Source: the human T2T-CHM13v2.0 reference genome, Homo sapiens. Taken from it: a stretch of 64,000 nucleotides of DNA. The DNA lies in NCBI GenBank assembly GCA_009914755.4, contig CP086569.2:4832001-4896000 (forward strand). The letters run 5' to 3'. Made by a program: the position numbers and the translations under genes. This document shows, in pieces, positions 1 through 11,881 of the stretch (position 1 is the stretch's first letter; each line of letters opens with the position of its first letter). The notes under the pieces were generated by a model. It was given only the letters and a program-made list of their open reading frames with translations. It was not told the origin of the DNA and made no database searches.

Positions 1-374
1 AGGTAATCCCGTATATATAGATGTCTTAGGAGCTTTGTAGAAGTGTTTCTGTAATATTTTAGAGACCTTAACAACTGTAACCTGAATCTGATAAAATGGT
101 GCCTAGCTTAGATTATAATAAATATTGTTTGTTTTTTATGAATTATAAAATGAAGTAATAAATTTAAAGTCTGATAAATATCAATCCTATTTATCTGTTT
201 TTTTCTGAAAAGTGAAATAATCTGCTATTCATATGTCTAGCAAAATTATTTCAACCATTTTGATCATTACTGTGAATTATTTAGTTTATATTGTTATAAT
301 TAACATATTATATTTACAGTCTACCTGATAGTCACATATACAGAGAGTCTAATGAGTAAGTAAAAGAGTACACA

Positions 375-590
375 AGGTTTGCTGAGTTCTTACTATGTGC
401 CAGGTACTAGTCTGAGCCCTTGAACATAACACAAGAGCCCTATGAAATACTTACATTTCTTTGTGTCTGTTATTCAGGTAAGGAAATCGAAGCCCAGAAA
501 TGCTAAGTAAATTGCCAAGATCACCAGCCTAGGAAGTAATGGAGCTAGGATTCAGGCCCAGACAGTCTAGCTCCAGGAATTTTGTTTTAA
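375..590 (-). mobile_element. MIR (ancient tRNA-derived SINE) fragment
   Basis: Matches the MIR core in reverse orientation: ...ttactatgtgccaggtact...ctatgaa...ggtaaggaaatcgaagcccagaa..gctaagtaaattgccaagatcaccagcctaggaagtaatggagctaggattcaggcccagacagtctagctccagg (cf. MIR ...tactatgtgccaggcactgt...ccattttacagatgaggaaactgaggcacagagaggttaagtaacttgcccaaggtcacacagctagtaagtggcagagccaggattcgaacccagg...). Diverged. Confidence 0.55.
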
Positions 591-1539
591 CTATCATTAC
601 TGATTATCATGGCCACGTTGATTAGCAAAGCAGTAGCATTCTTACCAATACACTTATGAAAGATTGAGACATGCTATTAAAAGCAGTAATCTCAGGGAAA
701 TAATAAAATTAACTTCGTGGCAGATAAAATGCAAAGGAAGTGAAATAAGAATTAGCAAGTATAATGACTCCATTGTTCAATGAGATTCCAGCAGTCTTTA
801 AGAAAAAATATGCAGTAAAGATTTAGTCAACTCTAGACACTTTGACTCTCAGAAATTTGGTGAGTTTTTAGAACTACTTGACTTCTATCAATGTTATGCA
901 AATATATGACATGTTGGTGATTCTGTATTCTTCAGATACTAGGCAGGCTCATAAAAAGCCTCTACTGAGGAGAGTAGTGGAGTGATTTACTTAAAAAGAG
1001 CAGGCCTAAAATGACAGAAAGCAAATCGAAATCCATAAAGTAGTAAGAAACTACTTAACTATTATATAATTAGTGTTAGCATATATACAAGATCTCTCAG
1101 AATAAATTCAGGAACAGAAAGATAATAAAGAGAAATAAGCCCCAACAACAGAAATTTTGTAAGGCTCAAAGACTCATTAAAAGGTGTTAGATCTAGCCCA
1201 AATGTCCATAGATAGTTCTAAAACGTAGACTATTCACTGGACTAAAATGATAGAAAAAAATTGGTAGTAATAGGTAGAAATCTATTTTAAATATAAAAGA
1301 CTACCAAAATTTGGAAGCATACCTGATAGTGGTGGTAAAATGCTGTCCATGTGTGTCTGTGTGCATGTGAGAAATATTAGTAAAAGAATAAAAGAAAAGG
1401 AAATCATCTCTCCTAAGACACTATGGAGAGATATATGGTATACAATTCTGTAAAGTAACAGATAAACCACGGCAGGAAGGGAAGATTTTTGGCAGAAAAG
1501 AGTAAGAGGAAAAAAAAAAAAAAAAGAGGTCCTCTCCAA

Positions 1540-1612
1540 ATATATATATATACACGTATATATATACACATACATATACATATATACACATATATATACT
1601 TACTATATATTA
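1540..1612. repeat. (TA)n/(TACA)n simple repeat, preceded by an A15 run at ~1509-1525
   Basis: Direct reading: tatatatatatacacgtatatatatacacatacatatacatatatacacatatatatac. Confidence 0.85.
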
Positions 1613-2168
1613 TTTTTGTTTCTTTCTCAGAAAAAAAAAAACTTTGAGGTACAACTTGTGACCATCAAAAGTGAGAAGTAGGGGATTAGCCCTTAGCTAG
1701 CAAATACAACAGAGCTGGTAGCCCTGTCACAAGCAGTAGCACATTTAGGACTTAGTTTTCCATATAATTCCCAATACAATGACAACTGTTGTGTTTACTT
1801 GGAAGTAGATTTGATGGCTTAATTTGGCCCTTGATGCTGGAACCAGACAACATGGTAAATAAGCTTTGAAAGTAGCCTAGTGTCAGAGTTGGTCATTAGA
1901 GTGGTTCATTCAATATGGTTATGGTGTTCAGACTTGAAATCTAAGCATAAAATATATATGTAGATGGGAAAATTCTGTAGCCACTCCTATGGTTAGTTTT
2001 AATAGATTAGATTTCTAAATATGTAAGATTTAAAAGCACCTGTAATCTTAGAGGGACTATTTCAAAACACTGTCCAGGCAAGGGAGCTGAGGTGAACTTT
2101 GTTTTGGGAAATTCATTACAGATAGTTTTGTTTTTTCATTTTTCTTTTCTTTTTCAATAAGCTTTAGT

Positions 2169-2212
2169 GGTGTGTGTGTGTGTGTGTGTGTGTTGTGTGC
2201 GTGTGTGTGTAT
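2169..2212. repeat. (GT)n dinucleotide microsatellite (~20 units, interrupted)
   Basis: gtgtgtgtgtgtgtgtgtgtgtgttgtgtgcgtgtgtgtgt. Confidence 0.9.
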
Positions 2213-2849
2213 ATGATCATTAATTTTGAAATAACTGCCAACATTAGTTGGCTTGAAAGAAAACCTTTTTGAAAGTTTTTAGCTTGTTCCAATTTACTTT
2301 TATATAATAAGGGGCAGTAAAACTATTTGCATGTTGGTCTGGCAGAAAAAGAAATTATGAAAGGCAAATTAATTATGTTGAAAATAGTCTGCTAATGTAC
2401 TATGAGTAATTGGTATTAACCTATGAGTGAAGTTTACACTGACAGATTTTATTTCATTAGAAGACAGCATTTTCTAATAAAATGAAATGAGCCATCTTAT
2501 GAGGCAGGGAGATTTCCAGCACTAAAATTGAAAAAGCAAAGGATATGTGGACACTGACAGACTGCTCTATTGAAGGGCTTCAGGTGAAGGTTACACTACG
2601 TGAATTCTAAGTCCACTTCTACCTCTGTGTTTTATAATTTTAGGACTTATTTAAAAACTTCTAGATAAAAAGAAACACAGTATTTTAGATGTGCATTATC
2701 TGGTCTTTTGTCAGGAGTTGAGTTCAGAAAAAATGATTAAGATAATATTTTTTGGCTGATGAATGCAATTTAATCCTATAGAGAAGTCATATTTTAAGCA
2801 GTCAAACATTCTCTACTCAATAGAAAAATACGTCATTATACTTATATAT

Positions 2850-3230
2850 ATTTTTTCATCAACTTTTATTTTACGTTCCAGGGTACATGTGCAGGATGTG
2901 CAGCTTTGTTACATACGTACATATGTGCCATGGTGGTTTGCTGCACAGATCAACTCATTACCTAGGTATGAAGCCCAGGATCCATTAGCTATTCTTCCTG
3001 ATGCTCTCCCTCACCCCACCCGCCCTCAAGAGGCCTCAGTGTGTGTTGTTCCCCGCTCCATGTATCCATGTGTTCTCATTGTTCAGCTCCCATTATAAGT
3101 GAGAACATGCAGTGTTTGATTTTCTGTTCCTGTATCAGTTGGCGGAGGATAACGGCTTCCAACTCCATCCACGTCCCTGCAAAGGACGCGATGTCATGTT
3201 TTTTTTTAATGGCTGCATAGTATTCCATGA
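2850..3230 (-). mobile_element. L1 (LINE-1, primate L1P) 3' end fragment, reverse orientation
   Basis: Reverse complement of the L1 3'UTR/ORF2 C-terminus: ...ttccagggtacatgtgcaggatgtgcagctttgttacata..gtgccatggtggtttgctgcac... then ...cattgttcagctcccattataagtgagaacatgcagtgtttgattttctgttcc... and ...ggctgcatagtattccatg. The ORF-track ORFs at 2763-3098 and 3112-3360 are antisense artefacts of this element. Confidence 0.85.
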
Positions 3231-3355
3231 ATACACTATTATATCTTTTGATGGTCTGTTCTTGACCAAAGCTCAGCCACAGCTGTGGAACATTGTGTAT
3301 GATTATGTGTATACGTTATTTCAAAAAAGAAAAAGACAAAAATGTCATGCCCCTT

Positions 3356-3699
3356 TTTGAGTTTTGGAAAGAGAAATGGTGAGAAAGAAAGGGGGAGAAA
3401 GGGAAAAGAGGTAGGAGGTGAGACAGGGGGAGAAGTTTGGAAGAAAAAGGGAGTGAAAATAGGAAGAGAGTACAGTAAAGATAAAGTGGAGAAACATGGG
3501 AAGAGGGAAAGGGGAGCAAGAGAGGGAAAATTCAAAAGAGAGGCCGAGAGAGAGAAAATGTGTTAAAGATGAAGAGAGGCAAACAGAGTCAGTAGTAGCA
3601 AGAGAGAAAAGGGGAGAAATGGAGGAAGAGAGCAGAGAGAACAAGAGAAGAGAGGGAAGAGAGGTATGAAGAAGTGGGCATGGTGTATGTGTCTGCATT

Positions 3700-3736
<37 letters not shown>

Positions 3737-3742
3737 CCTGAG
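3356..3742. repeat. ~340-bp purine-rich (GA/GGA/GAAA-type) low-complexity tract followed by a (GT)n run (3704-3737)
   Basis: Long homopurine stretch (gagaaagaaagggggagaaagggaaaagaggtaggaggtgagacagggggag...) then gtgtgtgtgtgtgtgtgtgtgtgcgtg. Explains ORFs 3239-3698 (both strands) as artefacts. Confidence 0.85.
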
Positions 3743-6700
3743 AAAGAGATAGAGGGAGAGAGCAAATTTCTAGACTTAACTGTGTACTGAAACATACTCA
3801 TCCAGTACCTACTTAATAATCTGAAAACATTTTCATTAACATCTTACAGTCATCCTATGTTAAATTCATGAATACGTTACAAGTAGCATTTCCAATAAGA
3901 AGTGGAGATTACTGGCACTCTTGCTCCCACCCTTTTTACCCACAAATCTTAAACACATTTAAGTCTCTGGAATTACCCACCTTTAGTTAATTTTGATTCC
4001 TTTACCTTTGAATGAAAAATTTATCTTTTATGACCAAATACTGAAATGATGCATTACTGAAGATGTCATGAAAGAAAATGTAGCATGAAAAACATTTAAC
4101 TTCTTGACTTCCTGAGTACCACTATTTGGATTATAAAAATATTTTAAGATAATCAAGGTGGGTCTATTTTGAAAATCTCTAACTAGTAAAAGCAGACCTA
4201 TGTCTTGCAAAGCTTTTGCCACTTCCTAATGCCTCATTTGTGCCAGTTGAAAAACTGCAGTAATTAACAGGCCAAGCTGTATTCAGAAGATTCAGACACA
4301 GCCAGAGAAAACTGTCTCCTCCTTTGCTACTATCAGCCTCAGGAGAGAGAATGGGTTACTCATGGACCAGATCATCTTAAAGAAGAAGCAGTGAAATACC
4401 TTAGTAAAATATTAGAAACTCTTTTGATGTATAATATTACTTTACATTAGTGAATTTTTGTTGTCAGATAGGCAACTCAAATACCTACAATGCGTTTTTT
4501 CAACCTTCAAACACAATTTAGCACAGTTCTCTATGCAAATATTTGAAGATATTTCCACCCATGATGAATTTTAAAGAAAATTTATTTTACTAAGGAAAAG
4601 GAGCTCAGCTTTTATAGGAAAGATAACATTAATGTTTACTATAATCCTGACATATTTTGATGCATTTTTATCAAAATATTCGCTAGTTTATTTGTTTGTT
4701 GACAAAAATCCATGCATATTTATGAACTGCTTAGGTAGTAAGCAGTTATTCCTAAATTTGTCAGTGAATAACTATTGCTAAATGGGAAAGTTGGTGTGAA
4801 GAAATGAATATTTTAGGTGTCAGACATGCCTAAGCAAATTTCATTTTGTTTGCAATTAGTGTTTAATTCTTATCCTCAAAAATTTTCTAGTAAAAAAAGT
4901 AATAACAATCATAATGTGAACAATTAACAAAAATCACCCAAAATAGGGTTTCTAAATGGAGACATTCTTAATGGCCCTTTCGTTGAATGTGTTGAGTGTC
5001 TCTAAAGAGAAAGGGTGATAACAAAGTTGTGGTTAAGGATATGTCTCCATCCAAACAAAATGTTATAAGTTTGTTAATTAGGACAATAATAAAACTAACA
5101 TCACAGATGCATTCTTTTCTTAAAACGTAGCTAAATATTTCACCTCAGCTATTGAAATCTTTTTTTCCTTTAAAAATGGGCTTTGTCTTTGTCTTTCTTT
5201 TAGCTGTTCCCTTTGTTAATTGTCCCTAACCATGGGAATGTTATTGTAGAAGAATTTCACGGCCCAAGCTATAAGAATCATTGATTAGTGGCATTCAAAT
5301 TTTACCAGCACGAGGAGAAAGCTTAGTTCCTTTAGGCTTGGGTTGGAATAGCACCCATAATTAAAGATGTCTGTCAACCCTTGTTATGCTTCTAGTCTTA
5401 ACATTTTTCCCCCCTGAACATAATTTGCTCTTTTGAAAGAATAGCTTTTTCTTGAGATTTATAGGTCACTCTTTGTTCCTTGCTAAAATCGGAAATTCTT
5501 GGCACAACACTCCGCTGTTAGCTAGATATTTTTTTCTGACTGTAGTGAGGTTTAAAGACATTAGTTCTGGGATACTTTCTGTGTGTCTCTCTTTAGGATA
5601 CTCTAAAACAGACTAGGGGCACCTTATCCAATTCTTCAAAACTATATGGAAATAGTTTAAATTAGATTTTAAGTCAATATATGATTTTAAAATTCTACTT
5701 TGGAGTACCTTAATTCAATTAATTATTTACCCAAAATGCTACTAACTTTACTGGAACCATCAAATTGTTGTTGTTCATATACATTATATGGCAGCAATTC
5801 CAACTGAAGCTATCTTCACTGTTTTTCCTCAATGAAGACCTTTTGTTATTCTTCATTGAATTAAAGAAAGCTTGAGTTTTGTCTTTTCCTGCCTGAGAGT
5901 CCTAGATAAATTATAGAAATTAGACTGGAATCCCACTGTAGATATGTTACTGAGTTTAAACTGAAATAACTCTGTGTCTAAAATAAATCACCCAAAGCTG
6001 AACAGAAAAGTTATTGGACAATTAGAAGAACATTTAATTGTATAAGATGAAACTCAGCAAGCTGTAAGGCAATGTAATTAAATAGACACAGCTTAATGAA
6101 GATAAGGAATTTGAAAGGGAAATAAGTATTTTTCAATGTATGCTAATTCAGGTAGAAAATACCTCAGCAAGATGTGTTATCCCAATTATATGTCAAGCTT
6201 AGGAAATTCAAGTTTTAAAAAAAGCACTGTTTAAAAAGGAAATATGCAAGTGAGGAACAATATTGGAACATATTTTCAGTTTTTCATGGCTATAGAGATA
6301 ACAAATGTCTTACTAGAGAAGACCCAGTACAACATGAAGACCCAGTTTTCATGGACAGCTAAATTATTTTCTTATAATTTGTAATTTTGTACAATTTCTT
6401 ACACTTATATTTCCCAGCTTCTTATTGTCATTTATCTTAAAGTTAAATTATTTTTCCTAAAGAACATTCATTCCTGAATTTGTGTGTTATTTCATCTTAT
6501 CAGCTTCAATTAATTTAACGATACACTTTTCAATCTCCATAGTGAATCAGTGCTGAGAATATCCACTAAACCTTGTCACACTTTTTGTTACTGTCCATTT
6601 TTTTAGAGAAACAGAAGTTTTGTAAACCAAAAAGTACCTGAGACAAGTCTCAATCAATTTAGAAAGTTTATTTTGCCGAGGTTAAGGCGGCCCCAATGAC

Positions 6701-7567
6701 ATAGACTCAGGAGGTCCTGATGCCACGTGCCAAGGTGGTTGGGTACCGCTTGATTTTATACATTTTAGGGAGACATAATACATAAATCAACGCATGTAAG
6801 ATTTACATTGGTTCAATCTGGAAGGGTGGGAAAACTCAAAGCAGGGGCTTCCAGGCCATAGGTAGATTCAAACATATACTGATTGGCAATTGGTTGAAAG
6901 AGTTATTATCTATAGAAAGGAAAGTCTAGATATTATAAGCGCTTGTGAGGACCTAGGATTTCTCATGCAAATGAAGCCTCCAAGTAGCAGACTTTAGAGA
7001 GAATAGATTGTTGATGTTTCTTACCAGACTTAATGTATTGCTGTTAATGTTGGCAGGGTATAATGAAGCATGCCCAACACCCACTTGCCATAATGGGTTG
7101 AACCAGTCTTTCATGTTAAATTTTAGGGGGCTCTGGCTGAGGAGGGAGCCCATTCAGATGGTTGCAGGGGGCCTTTAAATTTTATTTTTGGTTTATAGTT
7201 TCTTTGTCCTATCCAGGTACCTTATGATCTTCAAGTTATGTACAATCCAGAGGGGGTGCGATATTTCAGCAAAATGGGGTCTTTTGGGGCAATATTTATC
7301 CTTAGTACCCCTCAATTAATGGTGCATAAAGAATTAGAAAGTAGTTGAACATAGAGTTAAATTGTAATTGGCAGTTCTGTGAGATGAAAATTTGATTTGC
7401 CTAAGTAATTTTAACCTTCTTAACATTTAGCTAATGTATACACCAAAAGATACACATTTGACCACTTGTAATTATCTCAAACCCTTACAACTTACAATCG
7501 TATTTTCATTCTTGACTTGCTCCTCTCTGAAACATACAGTTAGCTCTTTTTTGAAATCAAAACATTT

Positions 7568-7636
7568 ATATAATATAATATATATAATATAATATAATAT
7601 AATATAATATAATATAATATAATATAATATAATATA
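7568..7636. repeat. (TATAA)n pentanucleotide microsatellite (~13 units)
   Basis: ataatataatatatataatataatataatataatataatataatataatataatataatata. Confidence 0.9.
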
Positions 7637-10600
7637 GTTGAGAATGGTTCCTTGCCTAAAATAATTTTTATCATTTGCTATTAACTTGAAGGTAATATTT
7701 GAAGGTGTTTGTTTATTTGTTTTTGTTTTTTGAGGGTCCTGAAAGGGATTATTTAAGTTTAGCTATAGGCAAAATATTTATATGATTTTAGCATGAAGCC
7801 ATACATGAATAAAGCTTATTTCTTAGCTGCATCGATGTCATTAAGGAAATGATCGTAATTGAATGGGCTTAACACTTTACCTTTTCATTTTTTAAGAATA
7901 TTCAATGAGGATGCTTATTATCTTCTCATTTTATTAGATTTACTATTAATTTAATAATTTTAAATATATGTTATTGTAATTATTTATATAATGATTTAAA
8001 TAGTTTAATTCAAAGTTACAACTGGCAAAGGAATCCCTTTTATGAAACTATAATCACCTTTAAGGTTCTGGATTGATATGCTAGATACTTGATTAGGTAA
8101 TTGCCACTTAATAGGAATCTATTTTCTTAAAACTATATACAGATTTTGTGAGTGAGGAGAGGTTTAGACTCTGACTTTTTTCATTCAACTGCCATATATA
8201 TAATGAGAAGGAGGACAATAGTCTGAGCACTTTTTCTACGTCTATAGCTCAATATACATGACTATTATTTTCTTTTAAATAATAGTACACATCAGTACTA
8301 TGTTGTTACAGTTTCGGGAATCTAGTCGAATTTACACAATTTTTTCTTACCTAATATATGGAATTATTTGCTTTGCTTTTGCTTATGTTTTCTAAAATAA
8401 GCCTATCTAAAGAGTAAAATCAGAATAATTTCCCATTGCATCAAACACAGGGACAAATATTAAATGCCCAAAGTTTATTCTTTATGAAAAAAGTAAAATA
8501 TAAAGTTCAAATAAATGCAACAAAATGTACCCGGTATGCATATTGGCTGCTTGTGAAATGATTGCTACCAGTTTTACTAATTCATTTCTTCCAAATTCAT
8601 GTGAATCTAAAAAAACTAATATAAGAAAATATATTTGGAAACTGTGTTTCTTTCAATAATCTATTCTGATATGCAGAGTTTTTACTGTATGGATAGGAAG
8701 AGTGATTAGATTTATTAACTAGGTCTCATTAGTTCAAAACATCATTACACTGTTTCTCTCTGTCTTTAGCGACTGTGTAGGATCTTCCTTTATTCATTGT
8801 ATAATTTCAACATCTGGTACAGTTTCAGTAGTTTTTTCTCTTTTTTCTCAAATTTTAAAAATTAAGCTTAATGTCCTCATGCAAATATGACTTTTATAGC
8901 TCATACAATTGAATTAAATTCACTATGTGTGCCTATTTGTCTAATTAGGTCAATAAAGTCGCCATTAATTTTAGATTGTCCATCTGATATTATGCAATTC
9001 TTCTCACATTGAGAAAATCATCACTAGAATATTTCATGACAAAACAATACTGGTTCTTTTAAAAATGTGTGAGCTTCTATTTTGCATATACTTTCATACC
9101 ATCTTTCCAAAAGAAAGGTAATAGCCATGAATAAATATTGTCTTGGATCTAAAGTTGCTACAACTTCCCTTTAATATCTGAAGACTGGAAGAATCAAAGT
9201 AGCCTGACACTTCTAAGTCAGAACATAAGTGTTTTCACAAGATACACCCTCAGAAGCATATTTGTGGTTTTTAAAAACTACTTGAACATTTTTACATCTG
9301 TCCAAGATGGAATAAGAGGGACTAGATTTATCCTACTTCTGAAACAACTAAAAGAGAGAGAGAATATATGAAATGACATCTGTCAAATTATGGACCTCAG
9401 GCAAAAAAGGACAGTGATCCCTGACAGACAGGAAACAAGTGAAGTAAACCTAAAATTTCCACAGCTCACAATCTTGAGGGAGTTGCCAGAACACAATGCA
9501 GAGAAAGATAATCCAGGTGGAGCCTGAATAACTTCCTGAGTTAAGGAGACAGAGATGGTTAGAATTTCTGGAGCAAAGTACTGAAGAGAAAAGAGCTAGA
9601 CAGAGAGAATACCCTGGAGATCAGCACAGGGTCTCCCTTGGGTATTCATCAGCTTGTTGATCAGTGTATTTGTGAGGGAAACATCTGAAGTCACTGTGAA
9701 AAAGCCATCCAGTAGTATTACAGAATAATGCCTGGTTCTTATACATGGCTAGAAATAGTGCCTGTTTCTACTAGTCAGACTGGAAAAAAAATTATGTTTC
9801 TAAGGCACTGAACAGAGTACTCCAAAAGGTCTTTCTCAGTAGTGGGACATAATTAGCCCCTAGATGAAGCATAACTCTGCATCTACTAACAAATAACAAA
9901 AAGAAGGCCTGAAAGAATCAAACTTTTGAAGTAACTTATATTCATTCCAGATAAAATCTTGATCATATTTATAAAAATAGAAAAATATCTGGAAGCCAAC
10001 ACAGTGAATTTCACAATGAATGACATAGAAGCAAAGATTAGTGAACATACTAATAAGCAGGGAATCATAAGCTATAATGAGTAGAATAATCAACAGAAAC
10101 TGAGAGCTGACACAAATATTAGGATTAGCATATAATAGCATCTTAAAATGTTATTGTAATTGTGTTTTCTATGTTCAAAATGTTGAGTAGAGATACATAA
10201 GATATTAAAAAGACTCAAATCAAACTTCCAGAAATGCCAGCCAAAATGTATGAGAGGTAAAAATGCACAGGATGGAATTCATGTTAGAGTAGACATGCAA
10301 GAAGAAAAGATCAGTGAATATGAAGACATAGCAATACAAACTATTCAAAATGAAATACAGAATAATGACTTTTTAAAATGACAACAAAAGTAACTGAGCT
10401 CTGGGACAATTTCAAGTAGCTTTATTTATGTGGAACTAGAGTCTAAGAAGGAGAGGAGGTGTGAGACAGGCAGAAAAAAATATTTGAGTTAATAATGGCA
10501 AAAATTTTCCAAATTTAATGACGGCTCTGAACTCATCAAGTCAAGAAGGTTAATGAATCCAAGCACAAGAAACATGAAGAAAACTGCACCCATTACAGCT

Positions 10601-11014
10601 CATAATAATCAAATTGCTCAAACTCAATGATAAAGAAAAAAAAATGTAACGCAGCCAGAGAAACAAGACACACTATGTAGAGAGAAACAAAGATGACAGC
10701 AGAATTCTTGTCTGAAACAATGCAAGTAAAAAGACAGTGGAGGGCTGTCTTTAAAGTGCTGAAAGAAAAAAAAAAGTCTACCTAGAATTTTATATCCAAT
10801 GAAAATATCTTTCAAAACTGAGGGCAAAATAAAGATATTTCCAACATACAAAAGTTGAAAGAATTTATCACCAGCCCACGGAAATGCTGAAGTCCATCAG
10901 GCAGGGAAAAATAAAATGCCAGATGGAAATGTGGACATACAAAAACAAAGAATAACACTACAAATGATCACTACAGGGTAAATATACAAGCTAGTTTTTG
11001 TATCATTAAACTCT

Positions 11015-11406
11015 CTGATATAGTTTGGATGTGTGCCCTGCCTAAACCTAATACTGAAATATAATTCCCAGTTTTGGAGGTGGGCCTGGTGGGAGGTGAT
11101 TGGATTATGGGAGTGGATTTCTCGTGAGTGGTTTACCACCATCCCCCTTGTTATTGTCCTTGTGATAATGAGTGAGTTCTCATTAGATCTGATCATTTAA
11201 AAGTATGCAGCCCTTCCCCCATGCCTCTCTTGCTCCTGCTTCAACTTCCGCCATGATTGTAAGCCTCCAGATGCCTACTCCAGAGCAGATGCTGATGTTA
11301 TACTTCCTGTACAGCCTGCAGAACCATAAGCCAATTAAAGATCTTATTTTCTTTTAAATTACCCAGTTTCAGGTATTTATAGTAACGCAAGAACAGCCTT
11401 AACACA
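11015..11406 (+). mobile_element. MST-type MaLR (ERVL-MaLR) solo LTR, nested in the ancient L1
   Basis: Begins tgatatagtttggatgtgtgccc...aatataattcccagttttggaggtgggcctggtgggaggtgattggattatgggag...; contains ...cttccgccatgattgtaagcctcc...gcctgcagaaccataagccaattaaa...ttttaaattacccagtttcaggtatttatagtaacgcaagaacagccttaacaca. This is the canonical MaLR LTR start (TGATATGGTTTGG...) and end (...TATAAATTACCCAGTCTCAGGTATTTCTTTATAGCAATG...ACTAATACA) architecture. Confidence 0.85.
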
Positions 11407-11595
11407 CTGTATTATAAAATAACTTAGCTATTTATAAAACATTAATGACAATATATTGGAGTTTATAACATATATAAGTAAAATGTATTTCAATAATAGC
11501 ACAAAAGTTTGGAAGAGGAGATATAGAAGTCTGTGTGTGCATGGGCGCACATGCGCATGTATACACACACAGGCACACAAACATATATATGTATT

Positions 11596-11881
11596 GTTTT
11601 TGAAAACAGGATCTCACTCTGTTGCCTAGTCTGGAGGGCCATGGCTGAGTCATGGCTCACTGCAGCCTCACCCTCCTGAGACCAAATGATCTCCTGGCTC
11701 AGACTCCCAAGTAACTAGGACTAAGGGTTACCACACATGGCTAATAGAATTTTTTTTTTTTTGTAGAGATAAGGTCTCATTATGTTGCCCAGGTTGGTCT
11801 CAGACTCCTGAGCTCAACTGATACTCTTGCCTCAGCCTCCCAAAGTGTTGGAATTATAGGTGTGAGCCACTGCGCCTGGTC
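11596..11881 (-). mobile_element. Alu SINE (older, AluJ/S-like), reverse orientation
   Basis: ttttgaaaacaggatctcactctgttgcctagtctggagggc...ggctcactgcagcctcaccctcctgag...cctcagcctcccaaagtgttggaattataggtgtgagccactgcgcctggtc is the reverse complement of an Alu dimer with a middle T-run. Confidence 0.9.
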
